Part shown: positions 10,242 through 19,032 of the stretch, piece by piece
How the letters are laid out: each line of letters opens with the position of its first letter
How positions within the stretch are numbered: position 1 is the stretch's first letter
Assembly (NCBI GenBank): GCA_041666485.1
Contig: JBAYGW010000002.1
Location: 7,711-71,710 of the forward strand
Direction of reading: 5' to 3'
DNA: 64,000 nucleotides
DNA from: Patescibacteria group bacterium
GTDB taxonomy: Bacteria > Patescibacteriota > Patescibacteriia > UM-FILTER-42-10
Notes under the pieces: generated by a model
The model's database searches: none
Told to the model about the DNA's origin: nothing
The model's input: only the letters and a program-made list of their open reading frames with translations
Position numbers and translations under genes: made by a program

Positions 10242-12737
10242 ATGATACCAAACATATTAAACAAATTTACAACAAATCTTAAAAACACGCTCAAGACAGC
10301 GGCGGAGTTAGCCTTACGGTCCAAGCGCGAAAAAGTAGATCCCGTTGATCTGTTCAATGGCTTGCTTCAGCAGAAAGGAAGTATTGGTTCCGAGGTACTG
10401 GCAAAAGTCGGCTTCAAACAAAAAACGATAGATACCTTGCATCAGACATTTGGGATTAATGAGCCGGTTGATTCTGTAAAAAGCATGTCGTCATTAAATC
10501 CCCGATTTTCTGAAGAGAGCAAAAGAGCGCTTGAAAAATCCGCACTTGTATCCTCCCGCCACCAGCATAAATATGTCGGTACCGAACATTTACTCCACGC
10601 TCTGCTGGAAATAAAAGATCAAAAAATTGAAGAATTGCTTGCTCAATCAAACGTAAAGATCAGCGATTTGGTACAACATTTAAACACTGTATTGAAAAGT
10701 ACTTCAAAATTTCCTGACATAACACGAATTTTTGAAAATAACAAAGAACTGAGCATGGGCGAAATTGATTTGAAAGAAAGCCCCGCTGGAACCGCACTGG
10801 AATTTTTCTGCACGGATCTTACCAATAAAGATGTACAAAAAAACATTGATCCGGTAATCGGCAGAGAAGAAGAAATTAGCCGGCTGATTCATGTACTGGC
10901 CCGTCGGACAAAAAATAATCCCGTACTCATCGGCGAACCCGGCACCGGCAAAACTGCTATTGCTGAAGGACTGGCCAAGCGCATATCCGAAGGCAATGTC
11001 CCGGTGATTCTGCAGAACAAAAAAGTATTAAGTCTAGATTTGAGTCTGGTTGTTGCCGGTACGATTTATCGCGGTGAATTTGAAGGACGAATAAAACAAA
11101 TCATTGATGAAATAAAAGCCGATCCGAATATCATACTGTTTATTGATGAAGTACATATGATAATCGGTGCCGGTACTACTTCCGGGTCAATGGATGCGGC
11201 AAACATTCTTAAACCAGCTCTGGCAAAAGGAGAAATCCGTTGTATCGGTGCAACCACACTGGATGAATACCGTAAACATATAGAATCAGATGCGGCTCTG
11301 GAAAGAAGATTCCAGCCGATCCTGGTTGAAGAGCCTTCATTTGAAGAGACTTTAGCGGTATTAAAAGGTATTCGGGCAAATTATGAGAAATATCATCGGG
11401 TGACAATTACGGATGAAGCATTAGAAGCGGCAATTAAAATGAGTGAGCGTTATATGCAGGATAAATTCCTGCCGGACAAGGCCATTGACCTAATAGATGA
11501 ATCCGCCTCAAAATTCCGCATTCATCAAAAATTGGATCCGATTACCGAAAAATTAAATTCTGCTGAAAGGGATTTACGCAACTGCCGTAAAGATAAAGAA
11601 TCCGCCATATTGCAGGAAAGATTTGAAGAAGCAATGAATATTAGAAATCGGGAAATATCGCTGATAAAAGAACTGGAAGAGTTGAAAAAGAAACAAGAGA
11701 CTCTAAACCAGAAACCGCTTGGTAGAATTACGGAGAGAGAAATTACAGAAGTAATCAGCAATATTACTAAAATTCCATTAACCGAATTAAGTATTGAGGA
11801 AAAGGAAAAAATCATTAACCTGGAAAGTGAGATCAGTCGGCACATTGTCGGTCAATCGGAAGTGATTAATGATATCTGCGGATTTATCAAAAGATCGCGA
11901 GCGGGCCTCAGCAACCCGAACCGGCCGCTCGGTTCGTTCATTTTTCTCGGACCGACAGGTGTCGGTAAAACAGAAACAGCAAAAGTAATCGCCAGAACGA
12001 TTTTCGGCAGTGATGATTCCTTGGTCAGGATTGATATGTCGGAATATTCCGAAAGTTTTCAGGCATCTAAATTGATCGGCGCGCCGGCAGGTTACGTTGG
12101 CTATAAAGACGGCGGCAAGCTGACCGAAAGCGTACGACGAAAGCCATATTCAGTAGTTTTGTTTGATGAAATTGAAAAGGCACATCCGGAGATTTTCAAC
12201 CTACTACTGCAGGTTTTAGAGGATGGACATTTAACTGATGCTGTCGGGAAAAAAATAAACTTTAAAAATACAATCATTATTCTTACGTCCAACGTTGGTT
12301 TGTCATTATTGAACCAGGGTGTGATTGGATTTGAATCTGAGGAAAAAGAATCCCAGCTGAATTATCAGACATTAAAACAACAGGTGCTGAAAGAATTAGA
12401 AAAGAAATTTAAGCCGGAATTTTTAAACAGAGTTGATAAAATTTCTGTTTTCAAACCACTTGATAAAAATTCAATCAGAAAAATTGTTGAACTGCAAATT
12501 ACCGATTTGAAAGAGAGACTAAACGCACAGGGAATTGAGATGGAATTATCCAAAACAGCCATTGATCTGCTGACGAATAAAAGTTATGTTCCGGAAAAAG
12601 GTGCGCGCGAAGTAAGGCGTGTGATTCAGGAATATGTGGAAAATCCGTTAGCTGATAAAATCCTTAAAAATGATGTGCGCAAGGGCGAATCAATTAAAGT
12701 CAAAACTAAACTTAAAGAGGTTGTGCTTGAAGATTAA
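10242..12737 (+). CDS. clpC: Class III AAA+ chaperone, ATP-dependent Clp protease ATP-binding subunit (ClpC/ClpB-like), 831 aa.
   Basis: N-terminal Clp_N-like repeats. First AAA+ domain [15 protein letters not shown] with Walker B ILFIDEVH. Second AAA+ domain [15 protein letters not shown] with [12 protein letters not shown] short middle domain, which favours ClpC over ClpB. Confidence 0.8.
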   Translation: MIPNILNKFTTNLKNTLKTAAELALRSKREKVDPVDLFNGLLQQKGSIGSEVLAKVGFKQKTIDTLHQTFGINEPVDSVKSMSSLNPRFSEESKRALEKSALVSSRHQHKYVGTEHLLHALLEIKDQKIEELLAQSNVKISDLVQHLNTVLKSTSKFPDITRIFENNKELSMGEIDLKESPAGTALEFFCTDLTNKDVQKNIDPVIGREEEISRLIHVLARRTKNNPVLIGEPGTGKTAIAEGLAKRISEGNVPVILQNKKVLSLDLSLVVAGTIYRGEFEGRIKQIIDEIKADPNIILFIDEVHMIIGAGTTSGSMDAANILKPALAKGEIRCIGATTLDEYRKHIESDAALERRFQPILVEEPSFEETLAVLKGIRANYEKYHRVTITDEALEAAIKMSERYMQDKFLPDKAIDLIDESASKFRIHQKLDPITEKLNSAERDLRNCRKDKESAILQERFEEAMNIRNREISLIKELEELKKKQETLNQKPLGRITEREITEVISNITKIPLTELSIEEKEKIINLESEISRHIVGQSEVINDICGFIKRSRAGLSNPNRPLGSFIFLGPTGVGKTETAKVIARTIFGSDDSLVRIDMSEYSESFQASKLIGAPAGYVGYKDGGKLTESVRRKPYSVVLFDEIEKAHPEIFNLLLQVLEDGHLTDAVGKKINFKNTIIILTSNVGLSLLNQGVIGFESEEKESQLNYQTLKQQVLKELEKKFKPEFLNRVDKISVFKPLDKNSIRKIVELQITDLKERLNAQGIEMELSKTAIDLLTNKSYVPEKGAREVRRVIQEYVENPLADKILKNDVRKGESIKVKTKLKEVVLED

Positions 12738-12761
12738 ATAGTATATAATTTGAATATTAGA

Positions 12762-12786
12762 ACCGGGCGTCTTCTGTCCGGTTTTT
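12762..12786 (+). terminator. Rho-independent terminator downstream of clpC. It lies inside the N-terminal extension of the annotated comFC ORF.
   Basis: The ACCGG-gcgtcttctgt-CCGGT hairpin is followed by TTTTTG. Confidence 0.5.
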
Positions 12787-12794
12787 GTTATCAC

Positions 12795-13532
12795 ATGAAT
12801 ATATTAAATAAACTATTACAAAATATCATTGACCTGATTTTTCCTTCAAACTGTTTTGGGTGTGGTATTGAAGGAGTCTGGTTATGCAAAGATTGTATTG
12901 AGAAAATACCTATACTCAACAAGAATAATTGTTTCTGGTGTAATAATAAAGACAATAACATTTGTTTTTCTTGTCAGCAAGAATCAAAATTATCAGCATT
13001 ATTCGTCATTACCGCATATCAGAATCCTCTGTTTCAGGATATGCTGCACAATTTAAAATATAATTTTGCTTCCAGCATTGGTGATACATTTAAACTATTG
13101 CTAATCAAATATTTTGAGCAAAATAAAATTGACATTATCAATAAAGATTCCGTAATCGTTCCTATTCCATTACACAGAAAACGTTTAGCAGAACGGGGTT
13201 TCAACCAGTCAGAACTTATCGGCAACCATATTGCTGAAATATTACAGTTGAAGATTAATCCCAAATTATTAATCAGAAAAAAGAATACAAAATCGCAAAT
13301 GACCCTGAACAGAGCTGACCGGATTCTGAATATGCAGAAGTCATTTGTCTGCCCGGATCCTACCCAAATCAAAGGAAAAGACATTATTTTGATAGATGAT
13401 GTGCTTACTACCGGAACAACAATTAGAGAGGCCGCGCAAGCACTAAAATCCTCGGGCTGCAGGTCTGTAAGCGCTATTGTGCTAGCAAAAGGGGGGTTGA
13501 TAAATATGAAAAATAATGTTAGGATAGATTAG
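12795..13532 (+). CDS. comFC: ComF family protein, a phosphoribosyltransferase-domain competence protein ComFC.
   Basis: N-terminal zinc-finger-like CFGCG...CKDC. HRKRLAERGFNQSELI. PRTase motif DIILIDDVLTTGTT. I moved the start from the track ORF (12750) to the ATG at 12795 because the first 15 codons overlap the clpC terminator hairpin. Confidence 0.75.
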   Translation: MNILNKLLQNIIDLIFPSNCFGCGIEGVWLCKDCIEKIPILNKNNCFWCNNKDNNICFSCQQESKLSALFVITAYQNPLFQDMLHNLKYNFASSIGDTFKLLLIKYFEQNKIDIINKDSVIVPIPLHRKRLAERGFNQSELIGNHIAEILQLKINPKLLIRKKNTKSQMTLNRADRILNMQKSFVCPDPTQIKGKDIILIDDVLTTGTTIREAAQALKSSGCRSVSAIVLAKGGLINMKNNVRID

Positions 13533-13542
13533 TCCAAAAAAT

Positions 13543-13632
13543 GGAGGAGTGCCAGAGCGGTCGAATGGGACAGTCTTGAAAACTGTTAGACCTGCAAGGG
13601 TCTCGGGGGTTCGAATCCCTCCTCCTCCGCCA
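13543..13632 (+). tRNA. tRNA-Ser (anticodon TGA).
   Basis: Manual fold: acceptor GGAGGAG/CTCCTCC, anticodon stem ACAGT/ACTGT with loop CTTGAAA (anticodon UGA), a long variable arm, T-arm GGGGG-TTCGAAT-CCCTC, discriminator G, and an encoded CCA. Confidence 0.85.
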
Positions 13633-13816
13633 TTCGACTCCTCCTCACTATCGCTCGGAGTCGCTCATGGCCTATCGGCCACTCAATTAGTAACATACTA
13701 ATTAACAGCTAAAGTCGAATGCCTCGAGAGAAATTGAGAGGCACTCGCTCGTGACCTATCGGCCACTCATCAAAAACTACTGAGTCGAGTGTCTCGAGCA
13801 TGGCCGAGAGACATAA
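13633..13816 (+). repeat. Array of about three hairpin-forming repeat units in the tRNA trailer (family copy A). It ends in a conserved gene-leader element at 13784-13816.
   Basis: Units begin TCGA(C/A/G)T and contain the inverted repeats CGACTCC...GGAGTCG, GCCTC...GAGGC and TGGCC-tat-CGGCC-A. Similar units recur at 14525-14722 and 15423-15532. Confidence 0.55.
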
Positions 13817-13827
13817 CATATAGATTT

Positions 13828-14070
13828 ATGGAGAAATGGTATATCTATATAGCGCGATGTAAAGATAATAGTATATATACTGGTTTAAGCAGTGATCCAA
13901 ATAAAAGGATAATAAGACACAATGAAGGAAAAGGCGCACTATGGATAAAACAACATGGGGAAGCCAAAATTGTATATACAGAAGAATACGATAATTATCT
14001 GGATGCGCATAGAAGAGAATTACAGATAAAAAGATGGTCACGCAAAAAGAAAGAAGCATTGTATTGTTGA
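13828..14070 (+). CDS. Small GIY-YIG nuclease-superfamily protein (YhbQ-like), about 80 aa.
   Basis: MEKWYIYIARCKDNSIYTGLSSDPNKRIIRHNEG matches the GIY-YIG core (Y.Y.....G..Y.G.T.....R...H). The track ORF starts at a GTG at 13789. The ATG at 13828, just 3' of the conserved leader repeat, is the more likely start. Confidence 0.7.
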   Translation: MEKWYIYIARCKDNSIYTGLSSDPNKRIIRHNEGKGALWIKQHGEAKIVYTEEYDNYLDAHRRELQIKRWSRKKKEALYC

Positions 14071-14108
14071 AGAAAATAAGAAGCACTTTATTACAAAAAT
14101 TAGCACTC

Positions 14109-14129
14109 GGAGAGATACCCAAGAGGTTG
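14109..14129 (+). repeat. A 21-nt copy of the 5' end of tRNA-Ser(GCT) (acceptor plus D-arm). It forms a direct repeat with 14431-14451 and flanks the second GIY-YIG gene.
   Basis: GGAGAGATACCCAAGAGGTTG is identical at both positions. The left copy is followed by two short hairpins, CCAGCC-cgag-GCTGG and CGGCC-ttg-GGCCG, instead of the rest of the tRNA. Confidence 0.6.
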
Positions 14130-14185
14130 CCAGCCCGAGGCTGGTCGGCCTTGGGCCGAAAGGGGCTAGCAAAAAGACAAATAAC

Positions 14186-14452
14186 ATGTATTATGTTTAT
14201 ATAATTCAAAGTAAAAAAGATGGCCGTTTGTACAAAGGTTTTACCTCAGATTTAGAAAATCGATTAAAAGAGCATAAAGAAGGGAAAACAAAGTCAACTA
14301 AAAGTTTCAGACCCTGGAAACTGGTTTACTATGAAGTATTTGTAGATAAAAAGGATGCATTAAGAGAGGAATTATTTCTGAAGTCAGGAAAAGGTAAAAG
14401 CACATTAAAAGAGAAATTAAAAAACTACATGGAGAGATACCCAAGAGGTTGA
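14186..14452 (+). CDS. Small GIY-YIG nuclease-superfamily protein (YhbQ-like), 88 aa. Its last 7 codons and its stop are encoded by the 5' end of the downstream tRNA-Ser.
   Basis: MYYVYIIQSKKDGRLYKGFTSDLENRLKEHKEG is a GIY-YIG motif. The C-terminus ...MERYPRG* is read from atggagagatacccaagaggtTGA, which is tRNA positions 1-22. Confidence 0.7.
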   Translation: MYYVYIIQSKKDGRLYKGFTSDLENRLKEHKEGKTKSTKSFRPWKLVYYEVFVDKKDALREELFLKSGKGKSTLKEKLKNYMERYPRG

Positions 14453-14524
14453 AGGGGCGGGTTTGCTAAACCTGTAGGTCGGGTTTTTCCCGGCGCGAGG
14501 GTTCGAATCCCTCTCTCTCCGCCA
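14431..14524 (+). tRNA. tRNA-Ser (anticodon GCT).
   Basis: Manual fold: acceptor GGAGAGA/TCTCTCC, anticodon stem CGGGT/ACCTG with loop TTGCTAA (anticodon GCU), a long variable arm, T-arm GAGGG-TTCGAAT-CCCTC, discriminator G, and CCA. Confidence 0.8.
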
Positions 14525-14722
14525 CTCGATTCGCGTCTCACTAATTCGGCGCTCACTCGTGGTCTATGGTATCTAACGATACCCCCGACCATTTCATATT
14601 AGAATCGAGTGTCTCGAGAGAAATCGAGAGGCACTCGCTCATGGCCTATTGGCCACTCAATTAGTAATCTAACAACTTTATATATAAGTCGAATGCCCTG
14701 AGTAGTGCCGAAGGGCATAATG
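14525..14722 (+). repeat. tRNA-trailer hairpin repeat array (family copy B).
   Basis: Contains CTCGATTCGCG..., then TCGAGTGTCTCGAGAGAAATCGAGAGGCACTCGCTCATGGCCTATTGGCCACTCAATTAGTAA, which is near-identical to a unit at 13718-13775. It ends in the hairpin GCCCT-gagtagtgccga-AGGGC-ATAATG. Confidence 0.55.
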
Positions 14723-14772
14723 AAGGAAAATCTGCTATAATATAAGTACAGTTTATTATTTATATTACTTAT

Positions 14773-15303
14773 ATGGACTTAGACATTAAAAAACCAGAAC
14801 AGACAACGGAAGACATATCATCTGCTCAAGATGTCGGAGATACCCTGTTGCAATGGAAATTCCCTGAATACGAAGAACATGAAAGAGGAATTGTATGGTA
14901 TGTAATTGCCGGTTTGGTATCAGCAGCATTCTTAACATATGCTATTCTAGTATCAAACTACCTCTTTGCATTAATCGTAGTAATTGTTGACATGATAATT
15001 TTGATCCAGATTAATAGAAAACCGGATCGGATTGATTTTAAGATTACCGATGAAGGATTAATGATTGGTTCCTCTTTTACGCCCTATAGCAACATCAGAA
15101 AATTCTGGATTATCTACAATCCGCCAAAAGTAAAGACTCTATACATCAATTACAAATCAACAATCCGGCCGGACATTACCATACCGCTTGAAAATAAAAA
15201 TCCGTTGCGTGTACGTGAAATGTTGCTTAAATATATTGAAGAAGATTTGGAAAAAGAAGACGAGTCCAATAGTGAACAAATTAGAAAATTACTTAAATTA
15301 TAA
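14773..15303 (+). CDS. Hypothetical membrane protein (176 aa, two TM segments).
   Basis: Complete ORF. Hydrophobic segments VWYVIAGLVSAAFLTYAIL and LFALIVVIVDMIILIQI. No motif I recognise. Confidence 0.5.
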   Translation: MDLDIKKPEQTTEDISSAQDVGDTLLQWKFPEYEEHERGIVWYVIAGLVSAAFLTYAILVSNYLFALIVVIVDMIILIQINRKPDRIDFKITDEGLMIGSSFTPYSNIRKFWIIYNPPKVKTLYINYKSTIRPDITIPLENKNPLRVREMLLKYIEEDLEKEDESNSEQIRKLLKL

Positions 15304-15345
15304 AATTCGCATTACCAAGTTAAGATTTCTGCCCTGCTAAAACAT

Positions 15346-15422
15346 GCGGTCATAGCTCAGTTGGATAGAGCGTAGGATTGCGGATCCTAAGGTCGGAGGT
15401 TCAAATCCTCCTGACCGCACCA
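15346..15422 (+). tRNA. tRNA-Arg (anticodon GCG as I read it; an unusual isoacceptor).
   Basis: Manual fold: GCGGTCA/TGACCGC acceptor, D-arm GCTC-AGTTGGATA-GAGC, anticodon stem TAGGA/TCCTA with loop TTGCGGA, T-arm GGAGG-TTCAAAT-CCTCC, discriminator A, and CCA. Confidence 0.65.
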
Positions 15423-15532
15423 CTCGACTCACCCCGCCAAGGCGGGATTCGCTCGTGGTCTGCGACCACATCATTTTAATAAAGGCATATCAAAATAAAA
15501 TCGAGTGCCTCGAGCGTAGCCGAGAGACATAA
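15423..15532 (+). repeat. tRNA-trailer hairpin repeat array (family copy C), ending in the conserved gene-leader element at 15501-15532.
   Basis: CTCGACTCACCCCGCCAAGGCGGGATTCGCTCGTGGTCTGCGACCAC ... TCGAGTGCCTCGAGCGTAGCCGAGAGACATAA. The last part matches 13784-13816 and sits about 15 nt upstream of the recG ATG. Confidence 0.55.
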
Positions 15533-15546
15533 ATTATCTACGCATT

Positions 15547-17628
15547 ATGGCAACAGAATTATCTACTCCTATATCAAATTTCCCGACAGTAGGCCCCCGC
15601 ACGGCTCAACGCCTAATAAAACTAGGAATTGAAACGGCAGAAGACCTGCTTTTTTATTTTCCTTTCCGATATGAAGATTACAGCAATATATCAGTCATTG
15701 GTGAAGTTCAAAACAATCAGACAGCTACCATAAAGGCTAGAGTTGATTTGATCCGTAATAAGCGTTCGCCAAGAAAAAGAATGATTGTTACTGAAGCTAT
15801 GTTAGGCGACGATACCGGATCAATCAAAGCTGTCTGGTTCAGACAGCCATATCTGACTAAAACCATATTGCCGGGCGATGAACTATTTCTCTCGGGAAAA
15901 ATTGAAGGTGATTTATTTTCATTTCAAATGATTAATCCGATTTATGAAAAAGTAAAATCCATCCCCTTACACACTGCCCGGCTGGTACCGGTTTATCCCA
16001 CCACTTCCGGAATTACCCAAAAACAGCTGAGATTTCTGGTAAATGTGGCTCTACTTGTCGCTGATCATGTTACTGATTGGCTACCAATTTCAATAAAAAG
16101 AAAGTACAACTTTTTACAACTTAAGGAAGCGATTAGGCAAATTCATTACCCTAAAACAAAAGGGTTGCTGGAAGAAGCCCGCGCAAGAATTGGTTTTGAT
16201 GAGTTGTTTCTTATTCAACTTGGTGCGCTAAAAATAAAATCCGATCTTGCTGAAAAAGAAGCACCCAGCATAAATTTTCAAGAAAAAGAAATAAAATCTT
16301 TTGTTAATAATTTGCCGTTTGTCTTGACTGCATCACAAAAGAAATCTTCCTGGGAGATTATTAAAGATCTGGAAAAACACCATCCGATGAACCGGCTACT
16401 GGAGGGAGATGTCGGCTCCGGCAAAACAGTTGTTGCCGCTCTTAGTATACTCAATACGGCATTGAACGGATTTCAAGTAGCATTGATGGCACCGACAGAA
16501 ATACTGGCACAGCAACATTTTGATACGCTCAACCGGCTATTTCAAAAAGAAAAAAGCATCAAACTTTGCCTGCTAACAAGTCACACGGTAAAAATTGGTA
16601 AAGGAACAATGATCAAAAAAACAGACTGCCTTAAACAAATAAGTTCCGGGGAAATTAATGTAGTAATCGGCACCCATGCCATAATACAGAAGAGTGTATC
16701 CTTTAATAATCTGGCTTTTGTCATTATTGACGAACAACATCGGTTCGGAGTGAAACAAAGAGGTGAAATGAAAGTCAAGAATCCAAAAACCGTCAACTGG
16801 GCTCCTCATTTCCTTTCCATGACCGCCACGCCAATTCCCCGTTCTTTAGCGCTGACTGTTTATGGAGACCTGGATTTATCAATAATCAACGAATTGCCTA
16901 AGGGGAGAAAACGGATTTCAACAAGTATCATTCCTAAAGTAAAAAGACTGGCTGCCTACGATTTTATTGAAAAAGAGATTCAGAAAGGGAGGCAAGTTTT
17001 TGTTATCTGTCCTTTAATTGAGGAATCCGATAAATTGGGTGTTAAGGCAGTCACATCTGAATACGAAAAACTGAACAATAACATTTTCCCGAATATTGCG
17101 ATCGGCATGCTCCATGGCAAAATGAAGGCTGATCAAAAAGAAGATGTAATGAAAAAGTTTCTGGCAAATGAATACAGAATATTGGTATCAACATCCGTCA
17201 TTGAAGTAGGCGTGGATGTTCCAAATGCCACTATCATGATGATTGAGGGGGCAGAACGCTTCGGATTGGCACAATTACATCAATTCAGGGGTCGGGTAGG
17301 CCGGAGCACACATCAGTCCTATTGCTTTCTTTTTACTGATCAGGCCGGACCGGATGTGTTAAATAGGCTGGGAGCCTTAGTAAAAAGCCATGACGGTTTT
17401 GCCCTGGCGGAAAAAGACCTGGCGCTTCGGGGACCGGGGGAAGTATATGGCAGCAAACAATCCGGTTATTTCCCCAGTTTAAAAATCGCGAGCTTAACCG
17501 ATTATGAATTGGTGAAAAAAGCCCGACTTGAGGCCGGGCAATTATTAAGAAGCGATCCTCGCCTGACTGAAAATCAGTATATACGAAAAAAGATTACTGA
17601 ACTCACTAAAAATATTCACCTGGAATAA
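15547..17628 (+). CDS. recG: ATP-dependent DNA helicase RecG.
   Basis: 693 aa. Wedge-domain region, helicase motif I GDVGSGKT, motif II IIDEQHRFGV, LSMTATPIPRSL, HGKM...VSTSVIEVGVDVPNA, and QLHQFRGRVGR. Confidence 0.85.
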   Translation: MATELSTPISNFPTVGPRTAQRLIKLGIETAEDLLFYFPFRYEDYSNISVIGEVQNNQTATIKARVDLIRNKRSPRKRMIVTEAMLGDDTGSIKAVWFRQPYLTKTILPGDELFLSGKIEGDLFSFQMINPIYEKVKSIPLHTARLVPVYPTTSGITQKQLRFLVNVALLVADHVTDWLPISIKRKYNFLQLKEAIRQIHYPKTKGLLEEARARIGFDELFLIQLGALKIKSDLAEKEAPSINFQEKEIKSFVNNLPFVLTASQKKSSWEIIKDLEKHHPMNRLLEGDVGSGKTVVAALSILNTALNGFQVALMAPTEILAQQHFDTLNRLFQKEKSIKLCLLTSHTVKIGKGTMIKKTDCLKQISSGEINVVIGTHAIIQKSVSFNNLAFVIIDEQHRFGVKQRGEMKVKNPKTVNWAPHFLSMTATPIPRSLALTVYGDLDLSIINELPKGRKRISTSIIPKVKRLAAYDFIEKEIQKGRQVFVICPLIEESDKLGVKAVTSEYEKLNNNIFPNIAIGMLHGKMKADQKEDVMKKFLANEYRILVSTSVIEVGVDVPNATIMMIEGAERFGLAQLHQFRGRVGRSTHQSYCFLFTDQAGPDVLNRLGALVKSHDGFALAEKDLALRGPGEVYGSKQSGYFPSLKIASLTDYELVKKARLEAGQLLRSDPRLTENQYIRKKITELTKNIHLE

Positions 17629-17629
17629 T

Positions 17630-19015
17630 TTATTTAGTAAAGGCGATCTCCGATGCTTCTTTTATGCTTTTGACGTTATAGCACTCCGCATCTTTGTGAG
17701 CTTTTGCATTATTGGGAATAATTATTTTATTGTATCCGAGTTTTGCCGATTCTTCCAGACGCTTTTCAATATTAATTACCGGGCGAACTTCACCCCCTAA
17801 ACCGACCTCCCCCATAACTGAAAGCGTATTGGGCAGCGGGATATTCTTCAATGCGGAAATAATAGCAAGACACACGGCCAGATCAGCGGATGGTTCTTTT
17901 ATTTTCACCCCTCCGACAACATTGATATGAATATCCTGATCACCGATTCTTAGACCCATGCGTTTTGTCAGCACCGCCAATAACAACTGCAGTCTTTTCT
18001 GATCATAGCCAGAAGTTTTTCTTTGCGGATAACCGAATCCGGCTTTTGTTACCAACGCCTGTACTTCCACCAGAAATGGCCGGCTGCCTTCCATAATACA
18101 AGTGATCACCGATCCCGGAATTTGCTTTGCCCGGTCTTTCAATAACAGCTCTGATGGATTAGCAACTTCTGCTAAACCGCTTTCTTTCATTTCAAAGATA
18201 CCAATTTCGGCAGTAGAACCGAAACGGTTTTTTATCGCCCTCAAAACTCTCAGTGACTGATAACGGTCACCTTCCAGATACAAAACGCTGTCCACCAGAT
18301 GCTCCAAGGTACGTGGACCGGCTACCGCACCCTGTTTAGTAACATGCCCGATAATAATGATCGCTATTTTGCTTTTTTTTGCCACTTCCATCAACTGTGC
18401 CGTAACCGCTTTTATCTGCTGAAGACTGCCGGGTTGTGAATTAATTTCACTTGAAGTTAGCGTTTGGATTGAGTCAATCACCGCCACCCGCGGTTTTTTA
18501 TCATTTAAAGTTGCACATACCATTTCCGCGTCTGTCTCTGAAATAAAATGTAAATCTTTTGCGGTAATTTGCAGTCGATCCATCCGCTGTTTAACCTGTT
18601 CCGCCGATTCTTCTCCAGATACATAGATTACAGTCTCATTCTGGCTTATTCTCGCGGTTACCTGCAGAACAAGCGTTGATTTCCCGATTCCCGGATCACC
18701 ACCGAGCAAAACCACAGAACCGGACACCAACCCATCACCGAGCACTCGGTCAAATTCCTTAAAACCGGTCCTGAATTTAGGCGTATCCCCGCCCTGAATA
18801 TCATTAAACGAAATAGTCTCGGCCAAAGGCGACAGAGGTTTTTCACTGACTGATGCGACATATCTTCCCTCCACAATAGTGCCCCACTGCCCGCATTCTG
18901 AGCATCTGCCCTGCCATTTTGGGTATTGCGCATCGCAGTGTTCACAAGTGAATATTTTTTTTTCTTTGCTAACCATTATTTTAAGAAGAAAAGACTCTCC
19001 GAATACGGAGGCCAC
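17630..19015 (-). CDS. radA: DNA repair protein RadA/Sms.
   Basis: N-terminal C4 zinc finger CEHCDAQYPKWQGRCSECGQWGT, Walker A GGDPGIGKSTLVLQ, and a C-terminal Lon-protease-like domain. It is convergent with recG, with no spacer between them. Confidence 0.9.
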   Translation of the reverse strand: MASVFGESFLLKIMVSKEKKIFTCEHCDAQYPKWQGRCSECGQWGTIVEGRYVASVSEKPLSPLAETISFNDIQGGDTPKFRTGFKEFDRVLGDGLVSGSVVLLGGDPGIGKSTLVLQVTARISQNETVIYVSGEESAEQVKQRMDRLQITAKDLHFISETDAEMVCATLNDKKPRVAVIDSIQTLTSSEINSQPGSLQQIKAVTAQLMEVAKKSKIAIIIIGHVTKQGAVAGPRTLEHLVDSVLYLEGDRYQSLRVLRAIKNRFGSTAEIGIFEMKESGLAEVANPSELLLKDRAKQIPGSVITCIMEGSRPFLVEVQALVTKAGFGYPQRKTSGYDQKRLQLLLAVLTKRMGLRIGDQDIHINVVGGVKIKEPSADLAVCLAIISALKNIPLPNTLSVMGEVGLGGEVRPVINIEKRLEESAKLGYNKIIIPNNAKAHKDAECYNVKSIKEASEIAFTK

Positions 19016-19032
19016 AATTAATTATTCAGAGG

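Noticed and set aside
13789-13827. GTG-initiated N-terminal extension of GIY-YIG ORF 1.
   Set aside because: The extension is encoded by the conserved intergenic repeat element. The ATG at 13828 starts exactly at the GIY-YIG core.
13633-15540. Possible CRISPR array among the repeats near the tRNAs.
   Set aside because: The repeats are neither regularly spaced nor of uniform length. They are degenerate hairpin modules interleaved with tRNAs and genes, and they lack CRISPR repeat-spacer periodicity.
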